57,961 bases of DNA from an uncultured Candidatus Saccharibacteria bacterium. GTDB lineage: Bacteria; Patescibacteriota; Minisyncoccia; UBA6257; 2-01-FULL-56-20. The translations under genes and the position numbers were made by a program. Positions 1 through 9,077 of this stretch are shown one piece after another (positions within the stretch are counted from its first letter, which is position 1; every line of letters begins with the position of its first letter). The DNA is taken from NCBI GenBank assembly GCA_964361595.1, contig CAYIAX010000001.1, forward strand, positions 164,128 through 222,088. Reading direction: 5' to 3'. Below the pieces are notes generated by a model that saw only the letters and a list, made by a program, of their open reading frames with translations, searched no databases and had not been told where the DNA came from.

Positions 1-381
1 AAGATTTGTTTTAAAAGCTTACCTCTGCGTTTCATGGCCACGTCTTATTGATTTATTATAGCATAATTATGCGACAAGCTATAATAATAAGCATATAGCA
101 AGACAAAATTAAACCAAGTTCTTATTTTATTTATCGATATAAAATCGTCTTACAAATATACGATAGAATTATAATGCGACAAACGACTAGTATTATTTTA
201 AATTTAAAGCATTGAGAATTTTCAATGACTTAAAAAGAAAGGTTTGACAAGAAAAAGATAGCCTCGAAATTTTGTACACAATTTTAGATTTATGCTTGTC
301 GGTCTTGCATTTTACTTATCCACAAGATGATTATGCTCACAGAAGTTACAATATAACCAAGTAACAAGCGAAGCATTTCTA

Positions 382-3300
382 ATGGGAAAAAGAACTCGAT
401 TTCAATTTTTTAGCAAATTACTAATTTTGATTTTAGCCGCGGGGATGATTTTTGGTCCCTACTCTTTTAACTTTTCGAATTTGAGTTTCGTCAAGCAAGA
501 GGCGCATGCGGCGATCTTCACGGATACTTTTAACACGGCTGGAACCTTTACATGGACGGCTCCCGACGGGGTGGCTACGGCTACTGTTGAAACCTGGGGT
601 GCCGGCGGCGGCGGCGGTACAACTAATGCTAATACTGGCGCCGGCGGCGGCGGCGGCGGCGTATATGCGAAAGCCGTTATTGGCGTAACTCCAGGAACTG
701 ATTACATGGTCATAGTTGGAGCGGGCGGAGCGGTGGATCAGGCCGTGACTGCCGGCAGCTCATCTTTTAACGGAGCGGCTGTGTTTGCGCTTGGTGGCAC
801 TGGCACTGCTGGCGGTACCGGCGGCGCCGGCGGATCAGACACAAATTCATCAGGAACCACAAAAAATGTCGGCGGTACCGGTGGCACCGGGAACACTTTG
901 GATGGAAGCGGCGGCGGCGGCGGCGCGGCCGGTCCCGATGGAGTTGGCGTGACGGCGGCGAACGCAACTTCTGCTCTTGGTACGTATGGCGGCAATGGAG
1001 ACAACGGTAGCGGTGGAGCTGGCGGCGCAAGCGGCGCGCCAGCCTCCGGGGGAATTTCAAATGCTTTGGGTGGGGGAGGAGGCGGAGGGGCTAATGATAA
1101 CTCTACCGGCGGAACTGGCGGCGCGCCTGGTGGCGGAGGCGGTGGCGGCGGCGCTGGCGGCAATACGGGAGCTGCGGGTCAAGTAAAAGTTACCTACGCC
1201 GCTCGCACGGTTCTTGGCAACGGTACAAGCACGAATCCCGGGAACGCGACGATTGCTCCGGGCGCAGCGGCCACCTCAAGCGACGCCTTTACTTTTAAAA
1301 CAAGCACAAGTACGGATACCGTTACGGCCGTAACCGTCGGACTTGCTGCGAACACAACCTCCGGCATAAATAAAGTGGAAATTACGAGCGAGGACGGCTC
1401 GATTGTATATGGTTCTTCCACCGATCCAACGGCTGACAGTTTCTCCATCACATTAAATCAAAGTACGCTTACGGCAACGACCGCAACGACAACGTATAAA
1501 ATACGAATTACACCGAAATCGCACTTGAGTATGCCGGCGCCGCCAGGCGTTGAATATGCCGTAACGAGCACCATTACTTCTTTCTCAAGCGCCAATGCCT
1601 CTTCCGGCACCGACGGCACGAGCGGGACGATTACGATTGACAACGCCTCGCCCGGAGGCGTAACCGCTACTTCAACTACTCCCGGGCAGGGCCAAATTGA
1701 CTTGGGCTGGACAAATCCCGGCGGCGATTTTGAGAGCGTGGTTGCAGTTCGCGCAACCTCGACTGCCGTAACGGGCGGGCCGACAGAAGGCGCATCCTAT
1801 AGCGCGGGCAATGCCTTAGGCAACGGTTTTGTGGCATATGCGGGGAGCGGCACTTCGGTCTCGGACACAGGCCTCGCTGACGGCACTACATATTATTATC
1901 AGATTTGGTCTAAAGACACGCGAGGCAATTACACGGCCTCAAGTACAACTGCCAATGCGACCACTAATGCCGGCGCCACCCCCGCGATTCGTGCCGCCGC
2001 CAACCAAACTTTCACGGTTGGGGATGGCTTAACGGCGATTTCGGCAATTACCGTAACTTCCACCGCGGCGAGCCAGATTACAGCCGCAAACGATATTCGA
2101 ATTAGCATCGCCACCGGCACGACTAATTTCCTGTGGGACACGAACGATTTAACCGCAACCATTTCTGGGGATGGCGATGTCTCGCCGACCGTCTCATATG
2201 AAAATTCCAGTTCGACTCTGGTCTTAAACGTCCTCACAAATTTTGCCAATGCTTCGAGCGTTACAGTTTCAGGTTTAAGCTTTAGGGATTTTAACGGCGT
2301 GAATGCCGCGACCACGACTTTCGATTTGCGCTGGCAGGGCGCATCACAGTCGCCGCCCTTCGCGCGGGCAACTTCAACCACGGTTACGATCAAGGGCAGG
2401 TTTGACGTTGGCCAGCACAGCGCCGGACAGGAAGCGAATAAGTTTAGCACAGCGAGCACAACTTCGAACGCCGAACTTTTTGCGTTTCAGCTATTGCCGA
2501 ACGATGAGAATGCGTCAACTACGCTTGTCGTTCAATTGAGCAGCATTACGGGAATAGTCACAAGTGATATTTCCGGGCCGTGGCTTTATATTGACGCAAA
2601 TGCGAACGGAACGGTTGACGGCGGCGAAACCTCAACCGCTTTCGGCTTGGGTGCTGTTAATATTCCCGGCGGCACCGGCACAATTACATTTACTTCGTCT
2701 ACCGCTGTAGCCGTGGCTACGAGTACCCGCTACATATTAAAAGCCACAAGCAGCAACCTTTTAGCCGGTGATACGATTACTTTCGGTTTGGGGGCAAGCG
2801 ATATAACTTCAGACGGTTTAACCTCGCTCGCCCGGCTTTCGCCCACGGCTGCTTCACCGCCTAGCAATATTGCGCATACGGTCGGCGGCGCCTCGCGCAA
2901 CGAACGCTCGTTCCGCTGGCAAAATGATGACGGCGCGAACGTCAACTCGAATACGGCAATCCAGGCGGCGGATGTAAATGTGACAAGCACGCAGATCGGC
3001 GAGCGGCTGACATTGCGTTTGCAGGTTGATAACGATGGTGGCGGCGAAGCCTCGGGCATCCAGTACAAACTCCAATTCCAGGCGAACGGCACATCGAGTA
3101 CTTGGACTGATGTTTCCGCAAGCGCGGCGATCCAGCCGTCCTTAGGCTTAGCGGGGATTGATGCGGATGCCATTACTTCCGCTGTGGCCGCCGCGAATGC
3201 CCGCACATTTACGAACGGCACTTGGCATGAAAACACCGGCCTTTCGAACGGTTCCACTGTGATCGGCAACAGCGGCTACACCGAACTTGCGTATGTCATC

Positions 3301-4941
3301 GAAACCTCCAATGCCGCCTCGAGCACGACGTATTACTTCCGGTTATACAACAACACCGCGAGCGCTGAACTGAACGGCTACACTGTCTATCCAGCCTTGA
3401 CTACTGTCGCTTCTTCAAGTTTCCTTACGCAATATTCGAAGCAGGCCGGCACCTTGCCGAATACAACTTCATCGCTGACCTATTACCTCGACAACCGTGA
3501 GTATACGAATGTCGGGGCCGATGATGGCAATTATGCGACCAGCACTGCGGCGGCGAACATCCCGATTTTCAACTTCCGCGTGCGCAACACGACAAGTTCG
3601 CATCCCTTGAAAGTAACCTGGAACGGCAATTACTCCGCCGCCTCCACAACTTTCCTTGAAATCTTCCGGATGGGCGGGACAAACGCCTGGCAGACCCTGG
3701 TTTCAACTTCCACTCCCAGTGTAAACACTGACTTTACGCTCGTCGGTTATGTTGCAACCAGCACTTCCGAATATTACCAGGCCGAGAGTGACGGCAGATT
3801 CTCGACCTGGGTGCGCGTGCGCCAGGCGACCACAACCGGCAGCTTGCGCACAGATTATCTTAACGTTGATTACTTGCCGTTCGCTGAATCGGCGGCTGAC
3901 CAAACTTTTGAAGTTAACCAATCTCCGGCCGGTATCTCGCAGTTGCGGATAAAAGCAGCCTCGAGCACGCCCGTCGTTACGGCGGCAAACGATATTCGCA
4001 TCGTGATCCCGGCGGCCCTAGGCATGAAGTGGGCGACCTCGACTACCGTTGCCACTTTGGGCGGCTCTGCTTCCGGCAAAGCTTCAACTACGGTCCAGTA
4101 TCCGGACGACAATACATTATTGATTAACGTGGAAACCAACTTTGCCGGGAATGACGATTTAACCATTTCGGGCTTGAGCTTTAAAAACTTTACTGCCGGA
4201 GCGGCATCCACGAGTTTGAATCTCTACTACAATGGCACCTCGACGGGCATGGCGGAAGCAATTGACTTAAAGAAAAAAATAATTCGCGGACAATATGCGC
4301 TCGCGAATCACAGCGCGGGCCAGGAAGATAATAAACTTTCCGGCGGCGGCTCGGTTACGGCCGCGGAACTTCTGGCTTTTGAGCTCACTCCGACCGGAGA
4401 GAACGCAAGCACAACCCAGCTGGTCGTTGATCTCTATGAAGTCGCCGGTTTTGCCGGAGCAAACATTACGAATGCCGAACTGCGCGTGGATGCAAACAAC
4501 GACGGCACGATTTCCGGCGGCGAAACGCAAACCGTGGGCGGCGGCGGCAGTGTGGCCTTATCCGGCGGCACGGGGACAATTACGTTTTCCACGGCTTTTT
4601 CCTTGACCGCGACTATGAGTATAATCTTGCGTGCAGATGTTGCCGCGATCGACGACAGTGATGTGTTAAAATTGAAACTCCAGCCCTCTCAAATTACTGC
4701 CACCGGCATCACAAGCGTAGTTGCGCTTGCGCCCGCCGGCAGCACTCCATTCGCAACACATTTCAAGCCGCCGCACCAAGGCGGCGGCGGCGGACCGTCC
4801 GAAGCGCCTCCGCCGTGGGCAGCTAACGTTGGCGGCGGCGGCTCGGGCGGCGGCGCCGGCGGTTCGGAAGGCGGCGGCGGAGCCCCGCCTCCCAGCCAAG
4901 GCGGCGGCGGCTCGGGCGGCGGCTCGGGCGGATCGCCATAA
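382..4941 (+). CDS. Giant (1519 aa) secreted/cell-surface glycine-rich repeat protein
   Basis: Longest ORF in the window. N-terminal hydrophobic signal/anchor (KLLILILAAGMIFGP...AHA). Residues ~45-275 look like the glycine-rich domain type (W.APDGV..V..WGAGGGGG...VGAGG; Pfam Gly_rich-like, from memory). A ~295-aa internal duplication spans nt 1993-2880 vs 3889-4765. C-terminal tail is Gly/Pro low complexity. The overlapping antisense ORFs are GGC-repeat artefacts. Confidence 0.8.
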   Translation: MGKRTRFQFFSKLLILILAAGMIFGPYSFNFSNLSFVKQEAHAAIFTDTFNTAGTFTWTAPDGVATATVETWGAGGGGGTTNANTGAGGGGGGVYAKAVIGVTPGTDYMVIVGAGGAVDQAVTAGSSSFNGAAVFALGGTGTAGGTGGAGGSDTNSSGTTKNVGGTGGTGNTLDGSGGGGGAAGPDGVGVTAANATSALGTYGGNGDNGSGGAGGASGAPASGGISNALGGGGGGGANDNSTGGTGGAPGGGGGGGGAGGNTGAAGQVKVTYAARTVLGNGTSTNPGNATIAPGAAATSSDAFTFKTSTSTDTVTAVTVGLAANTTSGINKVEITSEDGSIVYGSSTDPTADSFSITLNQSTLTATTATTTYKIRITPKSHLSMPAPPGVEYAVTSTITSFSSANASSGTDGTSGTITIDNASPGGVTATSTTPGQGQIDLGWTNPGGDFESVVAVRATSTAVTGGPTEGASYSAGNALGNGFVAYAGSGTSVSDTGLADGTTYYYQIWSKDTRGNYTASSTTANATTNAGATPAIRAAANQTFTVGDGLTAISAITVTSTAASQITAANDIRISIATGTTNFLWDTNDLTATISGDGDVSPTVSYENSSSTLVLNVLTNFANASSVTVSGLSFRDFNGVNAATTTFDLRWQGASQSPPFARATSTTVTIKGRFDVGQHSAGQEANKFSTASTTSNAELFAFQLLPNDENASTTLVVQLSSITGIVTSDISGPWLYIDANANGTVDGGETSTAFGLGAVNIPGGTGTITFTSSTAVAVATSTRYILKATSSNLLAGDTITFGLGASDITSDGLTSLARLSPTAASPPSNIAHTVGGASRNERSFRWQNDDGANVNSNTAIQAADVNVTSTQIGERLTLRLQVDNDGGGEASGIQYKLQFQANGTSSTWTDVSASAAIQPSLGLAGIDADAITSAVAAANARTFTNGTWHENTGLSNGSTVIGNSGYTELAYVIETSNAASSTTYYFRLYNNTASAELNGYTVYPALTTVASSSFLTQYSKQAGTLPNTTSSLTYYLDNREYTNVGADDGNYATSTAAANIPIFNFRVRNTTSSHPLKVTWNGNYSAASTTFLEIFRMGGTNAWQTLVSTSTPSVNTDFTLVGYVATSTSEYYQAESDGRFSTWVRVRQATTTGSLRTDYLNVDYLPFAESAADQTFEVNQSPAGISQLRIKAASSTPVVTAANDIRIVIPAALGMKWATSTTVATLGGSASGKASTTVQYPDDNTLLINVETNFAGNDDLTISGLSFKNFTAGAASTSLNLYYNGTSTGMAEAIDLKKKIIRGQYALANHSAGQEDNKLSGGGSVTAAELLAFELTPTGENASTTQLVVDLYEVAGFAGANITNAELRVDANNDGTISGGETQTVGGGGSVALSGGTGTITFSTAFSLTATMSIILRADVAAIDDSDVLKLKLQPSQITATGITSVVALAPAGSTPFATHFKPPHQGGGGGPSEAPPPWAANVGGGGSGGGAGGSEGGGGAPPPSQGGGGSGGGSGGSP

Positions 4942-5002
4942 GGCTTGCGAGTGTGCTCTTGTGTGCTAAAATTTAACCAAGGTCAAACAATAAATAAAAA
5001 TC

Positions 5003-5443
5003 ATGGAAGGAGAAACAAGAAATATTTCAGTCGCCGTGTCGAGGAAAATAATCGGAATAATTTTAATCGTCCTCATTTTAGTCTTCGGCTGGAAGCTTTT
5101 ACAGGCTTATGGATGGCTGCCTTCGTTTGATTTTCCAAGAGTAGGTTCCGACTGGCAGGCGGTATTCCTCACGAATAACCAGGTTTATTTCGGCCATTTA
5201 AAGGGTTTGGATCGGGAATATGTGCTTCTAAAGGATATTTATTACTTACGGGTAGCCGAGCCCTTGCAGGGCGCGGCCGGCCAGCAGCCGACTTTGAATT
5301 TGGTGAAATTGGGGGCGGAACTCCACGGGCCGCAAGATGCAATGTATATTCCCAAGGACCAGATCATGTTTTGGGAGAATTTGAAAGACGACTCGCAAGT
5401 TGTCCAGGCGATCAAGAATTTTGCGGCGCAACAACCGAAGTAG
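5003..5443 (+). CDS. Hypothetical single-pass membrane protein (146 aa)
   Basis: Starts 62 nt after the giant gene. One N-terminal TM helix (IIGIILIVLILVFGW). No recognisable domain. Confidence 0.6.
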   Translation: MEGETRNISVAVSRKIIGIILIVLILVFGWKLLQAYGWLPSFDFPRVGSDWQAVFLTNNQVYFGHLKGLDREYVLLKDIYYLRVAEPLQGAAGQQPTLNLVKLGAELHGPQDAMYIPKDQIMFWENLKDDSQVVQAIKNFAAQQPK

Positions 5444-5447
5444 ATGA

Positions 5448-5966
5448 ATGCGCTGGGGAGTATTACTCATCGCTAGCGCGTTTGTATTGTTTCCGGTTTC
5501 GGCTCTGGCCGACCGGGCGAGTTCGACGTCGTTTACGCTGGAGTCCGGCATAGTTGATGCGGGCGGAGGCTTGGCATCTTCTTCAAATTTCACGGGGCGG
5601 GGGAGTATTGGCCAGCCCGGCACGGGAATTTCTTCGAGCACCTCGTTCATCTTGCGCGGCGGGTTTTTGAATTTCCCAGCGATTTCCGTGAGCGCCGGCA
5701 CAACTACAACTCCGACGCCCGCGCCCTCAATCACGATTACCGGCGGAGGCGGCGGGGGACCGTTAAAGATTGAAACCAGTACGCCGGTTGTCGCCGGCCG
5801 GTCTCCGGACTTGAATCGCGACGGCCGCGTCAACATTATTGACCTATCGATTTTGCTTTATTACTGGGAACGCACGGGAATTTTTATTTATCCGTTTGAC
5901 TTCGACGACAGCAACGCAGTCGATTTCCCCGATCTCTCGATCATGATGTTCTATTGGACAGGGTAA
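5448..5966 (+). CDS. Secreted protein with C-terminal dockerin-like duplicated Ca-binding repeat
   Basis: Signal peptide (LLIASAFVLFPVSALA). The C-terminus has two EF-hand-like segments, DLNRDGRVNIIDLSILLYYW and DFDDSNAVDFPDLSIMMFYW, matching the type-I dockerin pattern. Confidence 0.65.
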   Translation: MRWGVLLIASAFVLFPVSALADRASSTSFTLESGIVDAGGGLASSSNFTGRGSIGQPGTGISSSTSFILRGGFLNFPAISVSAGTTTTPTPAPSITITGGGGGGPLKIETSTPVVAGRSPDLNRDGRVNIIDLSILLYYWERTGIFIYPFDFDDSNAVDFPDLSIMMFYWTG

Positions 5967-5975
5967 ACTTATAAG

Positions 5976-6071
5976 ATACTAATATGCAAATGTATACAAA
6001 TGATACCAATAATACGAATGTGAAACGGATTAGTAAGATTCGTATCATTGGCACAATCAGCATATTTGTAT
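5976..6071. repeat. ATACNAAT-word element, copy A (~96 bp)
   Basis: Five direct words (atactaat, atgcaaat, atacaaat, ataccaat, atacgaat), a centre gtgaaacgg, then five inverted ATTNGTAT-type words. Same architecture as copies at 35021-35118 and 51984-52083. Confidence 0.7.
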
Positions 6072-6850
6072 CATTACTGCCATTCCTGGCTTACGGCGCC
6101 ACCGAGATTTGGCCGGAAATTTCGGCGACTACAACCAATACAGCAAAGGTTGTAATTCATTTAGTGACGGACGAACCGGTGAACGCTTTGGAGCTTGAGG
6201 TCGAACTTGCACAGGGATTAAGAATTGTTCGATTTGACGACGGCCGCTCCGACCTAGACGTATTCCAAACCTATCCGCCGACTGTCACAAACAATCGCTT
6301 CCGGCTTGCCGGCGGAAGTTTTGAGCCGCTCACCGGCGAGCATGAAATCATTTCATTTTTTGTGGAGGGCAATGCCGCGGAAAACGGAATAAAGATTTTA
6401 CAGGCGTCGGCTTACGCTGCTGATGGTGAAGGAACTTCGCTTCCAATCGTAATTGGGGGAACAAAGACTGGTGCCGTGGCCGGAAGCGGGGCGGAAATAA
6501 TCGCTGCGGATAGAACCCCGCCGGAGTTCAGGAACCTTTTCTTGGTGCGGGATCCATTCGCCGCCGGGCGCAAGCTGGTTGCCTTTCGCGCGGAGGATGG
6601 CGGGAGTGGCGTGGCGCGCGCGGAAATGCGGGTCCGGCGCTGGTTTGCTTGGGGCGAGTGGCAAGCGGCGGCAAGTCCTTCGGTTTTACCTGCCGGAGCC
6701 TGGTCGGCGGCCATACGGATTTACGACAATGCAGATAATCTGGTTGAAAATACGATCTATAACTGGTCGGCGCCTCTGCCGATCATAATTTTCTTGGTTT
6801 TTCTTCTACTTGTGGCTGGTCTAGTTATAAACAGGGCGCGCAAACGCTAA
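5984..6850 (+). CDS. Cohesin-like secreted protein with C-terminal membrane anchor
   Basis: Cohesin-like beta-sandwich region (AKVVIHLVTDEPVNALELEVELAQGLRIV...FRLAGGSFEPLTGEHEIISFFVEG) and C-terminal TM (PLPIIIFLVFLLLVAGLVI). The first 12 codons translate repeat element A. A GTG at 6020 would give a clean signal peptide (KRISKIRIIGTISIFVSLLPFLAYGA), so the start is uncertain. Confidence 0.6.
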   Translation: MQMYTNDTNNTNVKRISKIRIIGTISIFVSLLPFLAYGATEIWPEISATTTNTAKVVIHLVTDEPVNALELEVELAQGLRIVRFDDGRSDLDVFQTYPPTVTNNRFRLAGGSFEPLTGEHEIISFFVEGNAAENGIKILQASAYAADGEGTSLPIVIGGTKTGAVAGSGAEIIAADRTPPEFRNLFLVRDPFAAGRKLVAFRAEDGGSGVARAEMRVRRWFAWGEWQAAASPSVLPAGAWSAAIRIYDNADNLVENTIYNWSAPLPIIIFLVFLLLVAGLVINRARKR

Positions 6851-6869
6851 AGCGTTATAATAATATAGT

Positions 6870-8963
6870 ATGATTTGGGCTTGGCGAAGCGCGTGTTTGT
6901 TTGCAATTCTTGCCGCAACTGCATTCGCACCTTTGATTTTAATAAGCGAAGAAGCTCAAGCTTCCACGTCCGCCTCGCTTTATGTCGGACCCGCGAGCGG
7001 CACATTCACGATTGGCAGCACTTTCACTGTTTCTATTTTTATCAATACAAACGGAAATTTTGTGAATGCAGTGGAAGTCAATTTGGCATTCCCGCCGGAC
7101 AAATTGCAGGTGGTTTCGCCGACGGGCGGCAAATCAATCATCCAGGTTTGGGTGAACCAGCCGACCTATTCCAATTCCGAGGGCACGCTTAAATTCCAAG
7201 GCGCAGTGCCGAACCCCGGCATCAACACCGGCTCCGGCTTGATTTCCACGGTAACCTTCCGGGTTAAGGCTGCCGGAACCGCGACTTTGCGTTTTCTTGA
7301 TTCTTCGAAGGTTCTCTTAAATGACGGACGAGGCACGGATGTTTTGGGCCAAAAAACCGACGGCCTTTATTATTTGACCTTGCCGCCGCCGGCCGGTCCG
7401 CTCGTCACCTCGCCGACGCAGCCGGATCAGGAATTGTGGTACAACCGGAGCACGGCGGTTTTCCGCTGGACGCCCAATCCGGAAGCCCAGGGGTTTAGTT
7501 ATATTTTGAGCGAGTCGCCAGTGGAGGAGCCGGACGATATTTCGGAAGGAATGAAATCAAGCGTTAGTTATAACGACTTGCCCGACGGCGCTTATTATTT
7601 CCACATTAAAATGCTCCGCAACAACGTATGGGGCGGGGTGACGACTTATCGCGCCAATATTGATGCGACGCCGCCAGCGAATTTTGAAATTGAGATTTCG
7701 CCGCGAGATTTTACCTCAAATCGCCGTCCGATCGCCGCGTTTGAAACCACCGATGTTACCTCCGGCATCGACCATTACGAAATTAAATTTATCAGCCTGG
7801 ACCCAAGGGAAGGCGAAAAAAATCCCGGCGTGGATACGCCGTTCTTCATCGAAACCAATAGTCCTTATTCCCAGCGGCTGGAAATCGGGCGCTATAATGT
7901 TGTGGTCCGCGCTTTCGATAAGGCCGTAAATTATTTTCAAGCCGAGCGGCGGCTCACGATCGCAAACCCGATTTTCGAGATTATCCAAGAGCGCGGTATC
8001 CGTTTGGGCGGAAGTTTATTGATCCCGTGGAAATATGCTGCGGTTATCGGCCTTGTTTTGCTTCTGCTCTTGGCGTCCTTTGTTTACCAGTTGTGGCACT
8101 GGCATCGCAGATTCGAAGAAAGTTTGGCGGCCGGGGCGCATACGCATCCGGCGATTGCGTCCAAATTGCAGGAACTCGAGGCAAAGCGCCGGGAATACAA
8201 ATCGGGCGGACTGAAACTGCTGTGGTGGCTCCTCGTCTTCGTCATGAGCGGCTTCATCTTTTTTGCCCCCCCGGCTCAAGCGCAGACGGCGACAACAACC
8301 AGTACAGCTGACATCGAGCCGCCCGTCATCACGCTTTTTCCGAAAAGCCTCTCGAACGATGAAATTTTGTATATCGGCGGCCGAGCCGGAGCGCCCAACG
8401 CCGCAGTGCAGATTTATCTGCAGAATATTGAGACCGGCGCCACGCAAACAAAATCGGCTTTGACCGACAAATCCGGAGCCTGGTTCTATACTTTTCCCAA
8501 CTTCCTGTCTTCAGGGAAATACATTATTTGGACCCAACTTAGGGTAGGGGAGGCGGTAAGCCCGCCCAGCTCGCAAATGGCGATTGAGGTTGCGCCCGCA
8601 GCCTTCCAGTTCGGCAGCCGGCGTTTGAGTTATGAGGATCTGTATCTGATCCTTTTCCTTGCCTTTGCGCTCACCACGCTTTTACTAATCGCTGCCATAA
8701 TCTATTTCAACCACCGCTACCAGGAAAAAAAGCGGCGTTTGCTTCGGGAAATTTCCGAGGCGGAAGAATCAATCCGCCGCGGTTTCGCCTTATTGCGGCA
8801 TGATATTGAAGCGGAGCTCGCCATTGTGCGCAAATTTAGGATGTCGCGGGAACTATCAATGGAGGAAAAATTACGGGAAGAAAAGATGCTCAAAGATTTG
8901 GATTCGGTTAGCAGATATTTGGGCCATGAGGTTTGGGAAATCGAGCAGGCGGAGAAGAGTTAA
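6870..8963 (+). CDS. Cohesin-domain membrane protein (697 aa) with two extracytoplasmic modules
   Basis: Signal peptide followed by a cohesin-type domain (ASLYVGPASGTFTIGSTFTVSIFINTNGNFVNAVEVNLAFPPDKLQVVS...TVTFRVKAAGTATLRF). Ig/FN3-like region, TM, short loop, a second signal-like TM ending AQAQ, another Ig-like module, TM, then a charged coiled tail. Confidence 0.7.
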   Translation: MIWAWRSACLFAILAATAFAPLILISEEAQASTSASLYVGPASGTFTIGSTFTVSIFINTNGNFVNAVEVNLAFPPDKLQVVSPTGGKSIIQVWVNQPTYSNSEGTLKFQGAVPNPGINTGSGLISTVTFRVKAAGTATLRFLDSSKVLLNDGRGTDVLGQKTDGLYYLTLPPPAGPLVTSPTQPDQELWYNRSTAVFRWTPNPEAQGFSYILSESPVEEPDDISEGMKSSVSYNDLPDGAYYFHIKMLRNNVWGGVTTYRANIDATPPANFEIEISPRDFTSNRRPIAAFETTDVTSGIDHYEIKFISLDPREGEKNPGVDTPFFIETNSPYSQRLEIGRYNVVVRAFDKAVNYFQAERRLTIANPIFEIIQERGIRLGGSLLIPWKYAAVIGLVLLLLLASFVYQLWHWHRRFEESLAAGAHTHPAIASKLQELEAKRREYKSGGLKLLWWLLVFVMSGFIFFAPPAQAQTATTTSTADIEPPVITLFPKSLSNDEILYIGGRAGAPNAAVQIYLQNIETGATQTKSALTDKSGAWFYTFPNFLSSGKYIIWTQLRVGEAVSPPSSQMAIEVAPAAFQFGSRRLSYEDLYLILFLAFALTTLLLIAAIIYFNHRYQEKKRRLLREISEAEESIRRGFALLRHDIEAELAIVRKFRMSRELSMEEKLREEKMLKDLDSVSRYLGHEVWEIEQAEKS

Positions 8964-9077
8964 AATCTAGAATTTAGAACCTAGAATCTAGAATCTCGGA
9001 TCCAGTCGTCTTGGCGAGGCTCGCCCAGCTGAACTGGGCGGGAATATTAAACCTAGAATTCAGAATCTAGAATGAGG
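8964..9077. repeat. Composite intergenic element E1: 7-bp tandem units flanking a GC-rich core
   Basis: Six in-phase heptads (aatctag aatttag aacctag aatctag aatctcg gatccag) at 8964-9005. Core GGCGAGGCTCGCCCAGCTGAACTGGGCGGGAA within 9010-9043. Four more heptads at 9050-9077. Sits between convergent genes. Related copy at 32459-32547. Confidence 0.7.

Noticed and set aside
1-35. A minus-strand gene start (ATG at 35-33, MKRRGKLLKQI...) running off the left edge. Also short GCGACA(A)GC motif recurrences at about 69-79, 173-183, 18988-18999 and 44591-44601.
   Set aside because: Eleven codons are too few to call a gene. The 9-11-nt motif is too short, and its orientation too inconsistent, to distinguish from chance.
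506-4969. About twenty ORFs overlapping the giant gene on both strands (for example 738-1163(-), 1929-2459(-), 2730-3269(-), 4666-4899(-)).
   Set aside because: They translate to poly-Pro/Ala/Arg low-complexity strings and mirror the GGC/GCC-rich repeats of the 1519-aa ORF. They have no independent support.
8964-9077. CRISPR interpretation of the tandem and intergenic repeats here and at 14010-14044, 32459-32547 and 34081-34157.
   Set aside because: The units are 7 bp with no unique spacers, the arrays are under 120 bp, and no cas genes are present.
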